Source of the DNA: Octopus sinensis
Lineage: Eukaryota
Length of the DNA: 64,000 bases
Assembly (NCBI RefSeq): GCF_006345805.1
Contig: NC_043007.1
Location: 3,596,001 to 3,660,000 of the forward strand
Reading direction: 5' to 3'
Under the pieces are notes generated by a model that saw only the letters and a program-made list of their open reading frames with translations, did not search any database and was not told the DNA's origin. This document shows positions 29,495 to 42,865 of the stretch, piece by piece; within the stretch, counting starts at the first letter, position 1, and every line of letters begins with the position of its first letter. Position numbers and translations under genes: made by a program.

Positions 29495-29665
29495 TAGGAG
29501 TGGCTGTGTGGTAAGTAGCTTGTTTACCAACCACATGGTTCCGGGTTCAGTCCCACTACGTGGCACCTTGGGCAAGTGTCTTCTACTATAGCCTCGGGTC
29601 GACCAAAGCCTTGTGAGTGGATTTGGTAGCCGGAAACTGAAAGAAGCCTGTCGTATATATGTATG

Positions 29666-29700
<35 letters not shown>

Positions 29701-29905
29701 CTGAGTTTGTTCCCCAACATCGCTTGACAACCGATGCTGGTGTGTTTACGTCGCCGTAACTTAGCGGTTCGACAAAAGAGACCGATAGAGTAAGTACTAG
29801 GCTTACAAAGAATAAGTCCTGGGGTCCATTTGCTCGACTAAAGGCGGTGCTCCGGCATGGCCACAGTCGAACGACTGAAACAAGTAAAAGAGTAAAAGAG
29901 TATAA
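29495..29905 (+). mobile_element. SINE family B, full length
   Basis: Head ggagtggctgtgtggtaag through tail (gagtaaaa)n. Confidence 0.9.
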
Positions 29906-30039
29906 GAGTATACATTTTCGAAATTGCAAGCCATTTGACGATGTTTAACGGAGCGAGAAGTGACGTCACTGTGAATATTTTATTTCTCTAAATACAATAA
30001 AATAAATACGTTCACCAGAATATTTTTACCAATCTTTTC

Positions 30040-30400
30040 CCCTCTTCTTTAAATTTTCGGCTGTTCTTTTCCGCCATGATATCATTCAGCCAGACTCTCC
30101 TTGCTCATCCTCCTCTCCTTTTCCCTTCTATTATTCCAAACATTCTTGTATTTTCAAGTAACCCACTCGTCCTGCTCTCGTGTGACCGAAATTCCGCATT
30201 CTTCTTTGTCTTGCTGTTTCTCCAAGAGTCTTTTCTCTCATTCCAACCGATGTAATAAGTTGTTCTAAAACTGAGCAGATGGTCCAGCAGTCCGTCCATC
30301 TAATGCCAGTAATTCTGCGACAGCAAATCATTCCGAAAGCTTAGAATTTTGCTTCATATCTTTTTTCTTAATTATTTTTTTTTTACCCGTTCAGAGCAAT
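30040..30400 (-). mobile_element. RTE-clade LINE ORF C-terminal fragment
   Basis: MICCRRITGIRWTD..VLEQL..RRMRNFGH..IIEGKRRGG matches the RTE C-terminal pattern. Confidence 0.8.
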
Positions 30401-30559
30401 AACCTTTACCATTGATCATGTTACCCTTAGTTTCCCGCTCGTTGCAATCTTCCTGATGCTCCAGGTTTTACGCATCTTTTCTGATTTAGCTGTTGCTGTT
30501 GCTGCTGCTGCTGCTGCTGCTCTTGTTGTTGTTGCTACTGCTGCTGCAGTTGTTGTTGT

Positions 30560-30775
30560 TAAGCAACAAGACGGGTAAGGGTGATTAGGGGATGGTCTGG
30601 GGCTTTGGGGCGGGAAACCCCAGACCTTGGAAAAAAATACATTGGTCGTCTTGTTGTAGTCGAGGGCTCTTCGTTGACGCCCGACACCACTGGGAGGTGG
30701 CCCTCGAAGTCGCTGGAAATGGAGATCTCCAGGTCCAAATTCTTGAACGGCTGCTGTTGCAGCTGCAGTTCTCAT
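30560..30775. other. GC-rich unique island with codon-like periodicity (possible exon, strand unresolved)
   Basis: Minus frame LQQQPFKNLDLEISISSDFEGHLPVVSGVNEEPSTTTRRPMYFFPRSG..LVA* has strongly GC-rich third positions. A + frame shares those third positions. Confidence 0.3.
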
Positions 30776-30779
30776 TCAT

Positions 30780-31222
30780 CATCTCCATCACTATCATCAT
30801 CATCATTATCATCATTATCATCATCATCATTATCATCACCATCATCGTCGTCATCGTCGTCGTAGTCGTCGTTATCGTCATCATCATCGTCGTCATCATC
30901 ATCATCATTATCGTCGTCATTGTCGTCATATCATCATCATCATCATCATCATCCCTATCGCCATTATCATCGTCATCATCATCATCATCATCATCATCAT
31001 TATTATCGTCATCGTCATCATTATCATCCCAACCACCACCACCGCCACCGTCACCATCTCCGTCGCCACCATCGTCGTTGTCGCCGGTACCTTTCCTTAT
31101 CTTCGTCATCATCATTATTATCGATATCGTTTTTATCATCAATATAATTACCACCGTCATCACCATTAACATCAGCAGCAGCAGCAGCAGCAATGTTTCA
31201 CCATCATTGTGCCACCATCACT

Positions 31223-31253
<31 letters not shown>

Positions 31254-31605
31254 CGTCGTTCTCATCATCATCGCCACCACTTCCACCACCATCATCATCA
31301 CTAACATCATCGTCATCATCATTTTCATCAACGGTCACTATCAGTTTACCATCGTCAGCATATCGCTACCATCGTTTCTATCAGTATCTTCATCATCATC
31401 ATCATCATCGTCGTCGTCATCATCATCATCGTCATCATCATCGTCGTCATCATCACCATCATCATCATCATCATCATCATCATCGTCATCATCATCACCA
31501 TCGTCATCACCATCATCATCATCATCATCATCATCGTCGTCGTCGTCATCATCATCATCATCATCATCGTCGTCATCATCACCATCATCATCATCATCGT
31601 CGTCG

Positions 31606-31653
<48 letters not shown>

Positions 31654-31764
31654 CCATCGTCATCATCATCGTCGTCGTCATCATCATCATCATCATCATC
31701 GTCATCATCATCATCATCATCACCATCGTCATCATCATCACCATCGTCATCATCATCATCATTA

Positions 31765-31801
<37 letters not shown>

Positions 31802-31810
31802 CGTCATCAC
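30780..31810. repeat. Degenerate (CAT/CGT/CAC) trinucleotide array
   Basis: Read directly from sequence; ~70-bp periodic CAC interruptions in 31390-31810. Confidence 0.95.
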
Positions 31811-31972
31811 TTTTTGTCAGCACTTTGTTCGCTTTCTCATTTTAACCTTCCCGCTTCTGTCTGTCTGTCTGTCTCATAAGCTATTATCACATTGTCATTT
31901 TCATTATTATTATTATTATCAACATCGCCATCACCATTGGCTCTGTCGTCGTCCTTATCATCTTAAGCATAG

Positions 31973-31988
31973 ACATCATCGTCAACAA

Positions 31989-32037
<49 letters not shown>

Positions 32038-32230
32038 AGCAGCAGCAACAACAACAACGACAACCGGTTTATTAAAAGGAATTATGGCCAAAATAAAAAA
32101 AGCGTTTCCTTCGAGTTGTCTCCCGACAAGGTCAGCACCGTCCAGACGCCGGGTCGTCGTTCCTTGGAACGGAGCAGAGGAGTTCAGACTCAAAGACCAA
32201 TATTTAATGAACTGCGCATGAAACCTGACA
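31973..32230 (+). CDS. Candidate exon: N/S run then RFIKRNYGQNKKSVSFELSPDKVSTVQTPGRRSLERSRG..KPD
   Basis: Frame open 31846-32298, GC3-rich core, AG acceptors at 31967 and 31972, donor A|gtgggt at 32230, KSVSF (RVxF-like). No protein recognised. Confidence 0.3.
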
Positions 32231-32289
32231 GTGGGTGTGGATGTGTGGGTGTGTGGGGTGTGTGGGGTGTGGGTGTGTATGTATGTGTG

Positions 32290-32700
32290 TGTGTGTAATA
32301 CGTATGTATGTGTAAAGGTATTATATACGTGTGTATGTGTGTGTGTAATATGTATGTATGTATGTATATAGGTATCATATACGTGTGTATGTGTGTGTGT
32401 AATATGTATGTATGTATATAGGTATTATATACGTGTCTGTATGTGTGTGTAATATGTATGTATGTGTATAGGTATTATATACGTGTCTGTGTATGTGTGT
32501 AATACATATGTATGTGTATAAGTATTATATACGTGTCTGAATGTGTGCGTAATATGTATGTATGTGTATAGGTATTATATACGTGTCTGTGTGTGTGTGT
32601 AATACGTATGTATGTGTATAGGTATTATATACGTGTCTGTGTGTGTGTAATACGTATATATGAGTATGTGTATAGGTATTATATATAGGTATTATATACG
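32290..32700. repeat. ~50-bp minisatellite, ~8 units
   Basis: ggtattatatacgtg recurs at ~32317, 32371, 32421, 32471, 32521, 32571, 32621 and 32688. Confidence 0.9.
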
Positions 32701-33114
32701 CGTGTGTGTGTGCGTTTGTATATATGTGTGAGTGCTTGTGTGTGCGTGTGTGTGTGTGCGTGTGTGTGTGCGTGTGTGTGAGTCGGTACATGAATCTTTC
32801 TGACTTGATTTTGAAACGCTCGTCAAACCAAACGTAAAAGCATCTAATTACAAGAATAAGTGGACGAGATTAAAGGAATAAAGGAATGAGCGATAGACGA
32901 AGCGATTGAATGATGAACGAAACAAGAAGCGTTTGATTTTGTCAAGTGAATACGTTACACAAAGACGACAGTCTGGCAGAATGGCAGGCGCGTCGCACAA
33001 AACCCTCAGCGGCATTTCTTCCAACTCTTTGCGTTCTGGTTTCAAATTCCGCCGGAGTCAACTTTGCCTTTTCATCTTTTCGTTAAAAGAAATACCAGTC
33101 AAATTAGAGAGAGT

Positions 33115-33340
33115 GGAGGCGCGTGGTTTAGTGGTTAGGGTGTCAGCATTATGATTGTAAGATTGTGGTTTCGATTCCTGAATTGGGCGACGCGTTGTGT
33201 TCTTGAGCAAAACACTTCATTTCACGTTGCTCCAGTCCACCCAGCTGGCAGAAATGAGCACCCTTCGATGGACTAGCGTCCCGTCCAGGTGGAGAATATA
33301 TACACCATGAAACCGGGAAAGCGGCCCTTATGAGTCTATA
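33115..33340 (+). mobile_element. SINE family C
   Basis: ggcgcgtggtttagtggttagg head; ttcttgagcaaaacacttcatttcacgttgctccagtccac body. Confidence 0.8.
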
Positions 33341-34726
33341 TGACTTGAGAAAGAATTCTGCTACAAATCAGAAAGTTGTTACGCATTACAAATTTGACTG
33401 CAACAGTAATGGTACGAGTTCTGTTTCGATTTCTATCTGAATTTTTAAACCTTTTCTTTGTTTTTTTTTTGTTTTTTCGTCTTACTTCACTGACAGCACC
33501 ACAAATCCTGAATATTTTGAGAAACGCTTGAAAGTCAGAACATCTTGTAATTCTCTTGCTGAAAAATAAATCATTATTTTTATCCATCCATTTTTCTCCA
33601 TCCACGATTCCTGAGAGAATCATGAGTGTAGAGTTTTCACACTCCTCCTCCATATGGTTCCAACAGAAGAAACTCTCATTAAATTTTCCGGCTGAATTCT
33701 CCAAGCGCCACCAACTGCGAAAACATCATTCAACCATTTCGCGTTCGCTATTCTTCGGTCTCCTGTGGGTTGACTCGGCTTGCAGAATCTATCCGTCGAC
33801 TCTTGCCTTCAACATTCTAACCACGTGTCGGAAGGACCGCGGTTGGGACCTCTGAATAATGGCAAGAGAATTAAATAGTAACGAAGAAAGAATATGGATG
33901 CCAATATATACGTAAAAATGTTATTTGTTGACTGTACCAGGCAATCTAATGAACATCTAATCTAAAATTATTTCAGTCTTACGATATAGAGAATGCTGAA
34001 AATATTTGAGTCAAATTTTTTTCTTTTTGTGTGTTCTCTTTCTGCTGGAAGAGTACGTGAGTTACCTGAGTACAAGAAAGTTGATTTAGTCATGGCGGAT
34101 TAAGTTTCGTCACCATGGTTAAACAGAGGTCGCTGGATACTACTTGATGTTGAAGATTCGATCGGAAATCAGACAATTCATGATTTTAACTAAGCAGCCA
34201 TCTTAGTTAATCCCCAACACTGTTTTTCAAGACAAGTAAACTTCTGTTTAGCAAAAAGCAAATATTTTGTTTATGACAGTATACCAAAGGTAAAAAAAAA
34301 AAGAATAATCTACAGCTTCAGACAGAAGTTACCTTACAATACTTGTTTTTTTTATTTTTATTTCTCGCTGTTATTGGATTGACTTGTGATGACATACACG
34401 ATCATCTTGTTTCAACATAACGTGAAGTGATGTCGCTGGCTTATTTCTGACATTAGCTGTTTGCACTATTTAAATGACAGCTTTGGCAGAGTAAAACTTG
34501 ATATTAGCAGACAGGCACGATTGGGAGAGAGATTCCCATCAACGCTGCGACTAAGATCAGCGAACACATCACACAAGTGTGACGGAATACTTTGATAGCC
34601 ATGCATTAATAATGAAACAGTGATGACGCTAATAATAACACCAATATCAACAACAGCAAGAAGAAAGAAGAAGAAGAGAAGAAGAAGAAGAAGAAGAAGA
34701 ACAACAACAACAACAACAATAACAGC

Positions 34727-34820
<94 letters not shown>

Positions 34821-34821
<1 letters not shown>

Positions 34822-35947
34822 TTTTATTGGCCACAAGGGCTCACATACAATAACTTTAAAGGACATGCAACAGCATAAAAGGCAAAAACAGGACAGTACA
34901 ATGGGTTTTCCGCATGTAAACACTATAAATAACAATTAAAATTGAACACATTAAAACTCCCAATAGGGTAGGCGCTTTAAGGTCTTCATGGAAAAACCCA
35001 CAAAAGCCACGGGTACATGATCAACAGAGCAAGAGCCCTTCTCCTTAATTCCTTTTTTTTTTATAGGTGCACGCTCAGAATTGGTCCTTTCACACTGGTC
35101 ATTCTTCCAACATTCACCCACCTTTCAACGAACTTGCTACAAGGCAACACTTCCCTCTCCACCGTCAACTTCCTTTTCAAGTGAAACTTGAAAAAGTTGA
35201 TGAGGGCTTGGCCCTTTGAAACAGGTCCACCATACTACCTCTTTTGCTACAGCCACTAGACAAATAAAAATTGCCTGTCCCTCCTGGCCGAAAGAGGGTG
35301 GCGGGGCAATCTTCACAATGGATACAGCTGATACCTGAATCTGTCCTACACACGACAGCAGATGTTCGATATAAACCCACAGGCTAATAATACTCGGGCA
35401 CTGGACTAGGGCGTGCAGAACGATTTTATCGTTCCGGGCGCACCTCGGGCAGGCCCGATTAACGGCACTTCTGTGCCTATAAAATTTATCCTGAATAGGA
35501 GCGCCCCTCGATAGCACTGCCCTGCAAGGGATTTCTGGAAGTTATCCATAGGCCCAGGCCGGAAAGTTCTCCGAAACAGACCGGTTAGTTGATCTTCATC
35601 GACGCCCAGAGTTTCCCCGAGAACATCGTCGCACTTTCCTTCCATTAGCCCTCTATAGAACGCTAGAGTTGAACTAATACCGACAGCATTGCCCGCCTGG
35701 CGGAGGGCTGTGAGCGCTTGACAGCGCTCGAGGTGCCAAACGCCCCTCCTCGGTCTACACCTAATCCAGGTTTGCAGCTCAGTCAAAGAAACGAGCTGTG
35801 GAAAAGTGTGCCTGGCAAACGGTGACCACACCTGCTCACCGTCAAGGAAACGCTGGAGATGCCGCAAGCCCAGCGCATGTCTGCGCATCAGTAACCACGG
35901 CATGCCCAGCCCTCCATTCAGCGGCTGTTGACAGTGGAATGGCAAGG
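34821..35947 (-). mobile_element. Second 5'-truncated Tx1/L1-clade LINE (different subfamily)
   Basis: ORFs 35406-35945 and 35137-35517 are homologous to the 20512-21574 ORFs (GGLGMPWL.MRRHAL..RHL). 3' end gcccttgtggccaataaaag followed by (AAT)n. Confidence 0.9.
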
Positions 35948-36444
35948 CTCATTCAGAAATTCGACTTTGTTCGAAGTGGCGACGATGGAGACAACGACGA
36001 CGATGACGAAGGAGAAGAAGTAGAAGAAGAAGAAGAAGAAGAAGAAGAGGAGGAGGAGGAGGAGGAGGAGGAGGAGGGAAGGAGGAGGAGGAGGAGGAGG
36101 AGGAGGAGAAGCAGAAGGAGGAGGAGGAGGAGCAGAAGAAGAAGAGGGAGGAGGAGGAGGAGCAGAAGAAGGAGGAGGAGGGGGAGAAGCAGAAGGAGGA
36201 GCAGGAGGAGGGGGAATAGAAGAAGAAGAAGAAGAAGAAGAAGAAGAAGAAGACGGTGAGGAGCAGGAGGAGGGGGAGGAGCAGGATCAGGAGGGGGAGG
36301 GGGAGGAGGAGGTCGATAGCGATTGTTGGATGCATGATTTTTCGTTTTTCGTTTCATTAATTTTTTAAAGAAACACATGTTGACAAAAACGAACTCTTCG
36401 AAAACGCAATAAAAATTATCAGTAGCTGAAAATATTATTATCAC

Positions 36445-36497
<53 letters not shown>

Positions 36498-37159
36498 GTT
36501 AAAGACAAACGAATGCAGAGAAATAGTAGAAATAAAACTGAAATAAAATAAAATATGGCGAATAAGGGTTGTGTTATGACATGTAATTCGAATGTAATTT
36601 ATGACTGTCCATATCTCAAGTCAGCTTAGGCGATCTAGAGGTCGCTCTTAAAAACATTTACGACAACCTGATAACTCTCCAGCTTCTTGTCGAAACGAAT
36701 GACGTTAAATTCAACTTTATTTTTTGTTGCTTGTCTTGATCTTTCTCATTTTTCTTTTTCCTTTTTCATTTTTCCTTGTTTTGCTATCGATTTTACCATT
36801 TGCCATATTCATTATTGGCCTAAAGCGTACAACGGCACTAAACATACAACCGACAGAAGCGTAAAAAAGACTCTTAACAGCCAACTGTTATTGTCTGGCC
36901 TTGATAGAGTCAACTGATAGGTTTTTATCACTCTGCTCTCCTTGTTTTGTTGTTTTACGCCGGGGTGGTTTTTGTTTCTTGTTTTCTTACAAATGAAATA
37001 AAGAATGCAAAATAAAAATGTCACTATTTGGGGCAACTTAATGAAAGAAAACCGCTTTTTAAAAGATAACTTTTAAAGAGAACATTTAATCAATTTTAAA
37101 TTTTCTTTTAAGTTATCACTATTATCATCATCATCATCATTATTATTATCATTATTATT

Positions 37160-37194
<35 letters not shown>

Positions 37195-37372
37195 TATCAT
37201 TATTATTATTACTATTATTATTATTATTATTATCATTATTATTATATTATTATTATTATTATTATATTATTATTATCATCATTATTATTATATTATATTA
37301 TTATCATTATTATTATTATTATTTTTATTATTATTATTATTATCATTATTATTATTATTATTATTACTATTA

Positions 37373-37435
<63 letters not shown>

Positions 37436-37770
37436 TTATTATCATTATTATTATTATTATTATTACTATTATTATTATTATTATCATTATCAGTATTATT
37501 ATTATTATCATTATTCAATTGTATTATTTTTACGGCGAACTTTTATTGCCTTACTCCATATTGAAGCCTTTATAGGCCTAATGTACGCGAAGGGCTTTTG
37601 TCATGTATCCAGTGTCTGGTAGAGCTATTCCCTGTACCCTGTGTAAATTTATATGTTCTGGAGTTTTATTGATGTATTTGTCTTCATGTTTTTAATCATT
37701 CCCAAAGCACATTTATATATATATATCTTTATATGGTATAGCTGTATATGAACTTTGAATAAATGTACCA

Positions 37771-37803
<33 letters not shown>

Positions 37804-38047
37804 TGTATGTATACATGCGTGTATGTATGTCTGTATGTATGTATGCATGTATGTATGTATGTATGTATACATGCGTGTATGTATGTATATATGTATGTAT
37901 GTATGTATATATGTATGTATGTATGTATGCATGTATGCATGTATGCATTCATGCATGTATGTATGTATGTATGTGTGTGTATGTATGTATGTATATATGT
38001 ATGTATGTATACATGCGTGTATGTATGTATATATGTATGTATGTATG

Positions 38048-38079
<32 letters not shown>

Positions 38080-38235
38080 CATGTATGCATGTATGCATTC
38101 ATGCATGTATGTATGTATGTATGTGTGTGTATGTATGTATGTATGTATGTATGTATGTATGTATGTATGTGTGTATGTTTGCATGTATGCATGCATGCAT
38201 GTATGTATGTATGCATGCATGCATGTATGTATTAA

Positions 38236-39030
38236 AAGAACAAGAACGTTATTGCTTTGCTTACCATTTAATCGGAATTGACTCCTTCAAATTAATTCCT
38301 TCCATTGCTCATACCCAGCTGCCAACGTTTTCTTCCAGTGTTGGAACGTGTTCTCACAACATCTAAGCGAAACACTTTATTGATCGTCCAACCACGCAAA
38401 ACAAACATCTCATTGTCTCCCATAATGTTAAATACACCTGTATGTTGTGTATTCCAAAATCCAGCAAATTTTCTGGCTCAGATTTTTGTCTGAGATTTTT
38501 TATAGACTAATAGTTGCTTAGTTGCTTCGTTTATATTAAACTTCTTTTGAACCCTTTTTGACTTGAAAGACACCCTTCTGATCGGAAAGAGGCGATCAAT
38601 ATTACTTTATAGCGGGTAGCTCCGTATTGACTATTATCCTACCCAGTGCGATGGCTTTTCGTTTCGATATCATAGTTTTACGCCCAAGTTCCTTTGCCCC
38701 TTGCAGCATATTTCAGAAAGCTTTTATCAACATCCGAATGATCACACAGCTCAGGGGTGGCTGTCACTTTCCTCTCCTTTTCTTCATCTGTCACCAGACG
38801 CGGTAAAAAGGTTTTTAGTATGCATCATGCATCTTAGGATTTTCTTTGAAACTTATGTGGCACAATGACTTCTGAATTTTCACAGAGAGTCTGGTGATTG
38901 TGATTCCCTCAGACCATAGCATGGACTTTAAACATGTGGTCTTCGTCCAGATTTGGATGAATTGTCTTCAGATGATGATCTTCCCGATATGAAACGCTGG
39001 TATCACTCGTGACATTATACATTGCTCAAA
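38236..39030 (-). pseudogene. Degraded mariner transposase
   Basis: Minus strand reads SSEDNSSKSGRRP, FLPRLVTDEEKERKV..DKSFLK..GTWA*NYDIETK and FQHWKK..FEG, matching mariner WVPRLLT/GDETW regions and C-terminus. Confidence 0.75.
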
Positions 39031-40438
39031 TTCAAAGAATCCCGGCGAGAATGGCGACATTAGCCAAGTTTCCATAAAAGTTTATCTTAATTTGAAGCCG
39101 AAGTTCATATAAACACGTTGCTTGGCAACAGGTAGAGATAAGCAGAGAGAGAGAGAGTGGGGAGACATAATGGGAGATAGAGGGAATGAGAGAGAGAGAG
39201 AGAGAGAGAGAGTGGGGAGACATAATGGGAGATAGAGGGAATGAGAGAGAGAGAGAGAGAGAGAGGGGGGGCAGAAGAAGAAGAAGAAGAAGAAGAAGAA
39301 GAAGAAGAAGAAGAAGAAGAAGATGGAAGAAGAAGAGAGTGTTGGAATGAGACAAAGCGAGAGAGCAAAGTTCACGAAACTTTAAAAATCTTGTCTATAA
39401 CCGGATAAAATATTAACATTATTTCTGATTCTTACAATTAATGAATAGCGAAATATATGCAAAACTGAAACACTTGACCAGCGGCTAAGTACTTGAAACT
39501 CTTGATGAGGTTTCCTTTCTCGTGATTCCAATGTCTTATTGTGTCATCAGTCACGTTGTCTTCATCTGTTCTGAGTCGTTAGAACAAGGACCAGTAATGC
39601 AATATATTCTATTCAAACAGCACTAATCCTTCGCCGGGAAATTGGAGGTCTCCTACTAATTTACGAATCCATTAAAATTAATGATATGCGAGCTCGTTAC
39701 TAATTATGAATTAAGCGAAATTTAATTGCAATCAAATGTTAGCATCAAATTCTGATTAACCGTGACGTTAAAATCTAAGTTGCATCAAAACACGCTACTA
39801 TTCCACCGAGGGCCAACTGTAACATACAGTTTAAACCTCAATATATACGGTACTCGATTTGCACGGTTTTCGTTTTTGCTGTATTTGTTTGCTTTCTGTT
39901 TTTCTTTTTTGTTTGTTTGTTGGGGTTTTTTTTTCAACTTTACGCATACAGAAGGATAAATTCGTCGCCACGGTTTCGGTTTCAATTTCCTTTCATTTTA
40001 ATTTTAATGCACTTCTTTGATAATGGTATATCCACATTCTGAACTATAAGTTTAAAATGTAAAGATAAAACCGCGTTTCTTTTTTTTTTTATTATTATTA
40101 TTATTTTTCTATTTTGTTAAATATTTTTCAGGTTGGATAATAAGTTTAAAATGTCAAGAAAGTCGATTTCTCTGGAAATGGAAATTAACATATGAAATCA
40201 ACTTTGAAATGGAAAAAGTTGGACAGAAACTGCAAAACAGTTTAATATAAACGAAAGAAATGTTTGAATATTTCAAAGAAACGAAGATAAAAACCAGAAT
40301 CTGAATAATGGTTGAATCCTTCCATAACTTTAAAACACATCATACGTTACATTGTGGAGACAATGGGAAAAAGATCTATCATTTTGGATAGAAAGTAAAA
40401 CCAAAATATTACAACAATACCCATATAAACATATATAT

Positions 40439-40543
<105 letters not shown>

Positions 40544-42379
40544 ATATATATATTTGCAGAAAAGGTGAATAATCGATTTATTCTACCCCGGTACATGATT
40601 TGTAGTTTCGTTTTCCTGGTTGAATGAACGCCAAAATCAAACCCAGTGTAATGTGAACAGGGAATGCCAAGAGACATAATTATATCCTTGTAAGGTCGGT
40701 GCTCTGCCGTGTTTGTCACACAGCAAATTTCATTTTTTTTTATATTGATTTCTAACATTAGCACAAGACCGTAGATTTCAGGTAGAGTGGAGTTGCTTGT
40801 ATCGAACCTCGTACATAACTGGTATTTTATTTCATCGCCTTGCAACAATGATAAACAAAATTGACCAGAGCAGGATTTGAACTCATAGCGTAAAGGAGTA
40901 AAGTATTTGTTTGTCACTGTACTGTTTCTGCCAAATCATGGTTCCTCTTTTAAAATATTGATTTTCTCACTTCGACGCAAGTTTGCTTCAAGGAACATAT
41001 TTTCCTGAATTGATTCCATTTCCATTGGGATTCTGGGGATAAAGCTGAGAGACAAAACTATATAAGTTCAGTTCTTTTCTCAATTTGTTTTACCATTTTT
41101 CTGCCTGGTATAATGTGGAGGAGGAATGGTCCAGTGGTTAGGGAAACGGAGTCGATGTTGTAGGATCGCGATTTCGATTCCCTGACCGCGCGTTGTTCAT
41201 TGAGCAAAAACGCCTAAAGTTCTACGAGGTTCCGATAGGGGGTGGTGGCGAACCCTGCTGTACTCTTTTGTATTCTTCAATAAAACCTCCTCATCTTGTC
41301 TATCGTTCCTTTATTCTTAGAGAAAGCAGAGTCCATCCTGTTGCAAACATTCACCCCAGGTCCCGGGATAGAGAACAACTTTCTTCCTCTCTTAACCACT
41401 TAAACCTTTTCTTTTTCTTTTGTGTCCTGCTTCTCATTATTCATCGATGTCCCTTTAAGTGTCTTCGGCGTTAATTTTCCTCATTTGACCAAAGAAACAA
41501 AACTAACAAAAAGGAAAACATGCTAAAGTGTAACTCGGGTTCTTTGACCGATTTATGTCAGAGTTTATGACAGACTTTGCAGTAACAATGGGAACAATCG
41601 TAGATTTATTCATCAAAACTTGATTTTATTATGAGAAAAATAAAAGCTGTTCTTATGCGTAAGATGTTAAGATATTTTACAATAAAACAGAAATTATTTA
41701 ACTTTACAATATTGTTAAGCATTAAATTTATTTTTTACATGCAACTCTGTGTTTTTATCTTTCACATGTTGGTTTCTTTATAAGACAATAACTGTCTTTA
41801 TTGATTTTCTTATATTCTAAATCGATAATCAATTCTTCTCCGACTTGCTTTGGTGAGGTGGAATACAATATTTAGTAAACAAGATCTAAAATTTCTTCTA
41901 AAGGCTAAAAGAACCATTGACTTATTGTCCCGTATATATTTTATACATCTGCCAAAGAGTTATACACTGGAACATCAGTGAAATTGATAACAAGGACTAT
42001 TTTTCTTTCTTCTCTATTTCTTTCCTTTCTTTTCTTTCTGTTCTTCAGCGCCTCAATGCTATATTTTTATTTAATCTGGTGAATTCTTTCAATCTCCTCT
42101 TCGCATCTATTCATCTTCAGCTTTCACGGAATATGGCTGCCGTATAAGAAGAATGCGATTCTCTTATTCACTGCTGAATAGCGTGAAGCTTGACAGATAG
42201 GATGGCAGAACCCCAAAACACTGCGGTGGCCTAATACTTTTGACCAAGGCTGTAAATGCTGTGCTAATGGATACTGGCTACAATTTTGCTAAAGTATTCA
42301 ATCATCATTTGACATAACATCGTAGTGTGTACGAGGGCAAAAGGAAACCCCTCTGTGCCACCATGAACAAGACAGCACG

Positions 42380-42865
42380 AGTGAAAACTGTAACGAGTGA
42401 GACTTTAAAGATAAGGCAAGTAAATGGAATGATGAGGGGGAGCATTACTCTGGGCTCTACTCCACGTGAAAAAAAATGTTGTGGACAGTTTGCTGGACGC
42501 CGTGAATCGCTTTCCATTGATGGAGGAACTCGATGCATTATACCGACTTTTGAAAGTTTGAGTGAAGCCATTGACTGTCTTTCCACTGATAAGACATCGG
42601 CATTGAATGGCATTTCACAATAAGCCATCAAATGTGCAGAAGGTATCTTATTGCATCACCTACACAAACTGATGCACCAGTGCTGGAACGAAGAAGCAAT
42701 TCCGTATAATGCAAGTGATGGCAATAGAATCATTTTGTACAAGAACAAATACCATGGAAGCAGCTGCGAGAACAGCAAAGGAATCTCATTGAGAAAGTCT
42801 TTGATTAGGTGGTCCTTACCAGACTGAAGAAAATTCCTGAAAAGGTATATAGCAAGTCTTGCCGT
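42380..42865 (+). mobile_element. RTE-clade LINE fragment (start of RT)
   Basis: PTFESLSEAIDCLSTDKTSALNGISQ*AIKCAEGILLHHLHKLMHQCWNEEAIP..LYKNK..KGISL..VLTRLKKIPEKVYSKS. Confidence 0.85.

Noticed and set aside
31341-31823. 160-aa poly-Asp ORF resembling mollusc acidic biomineral proteins
   Set aside because: GAT/GAC alternation is equally explained by CAT/CGT slippage and CpG decay; all frames are open and there is no signal peptide.
39560-39830. TAAT cluster suggesting a homeodomain enhancer
   Set aside because: Expected by chance at this AT content; needs conservation data.
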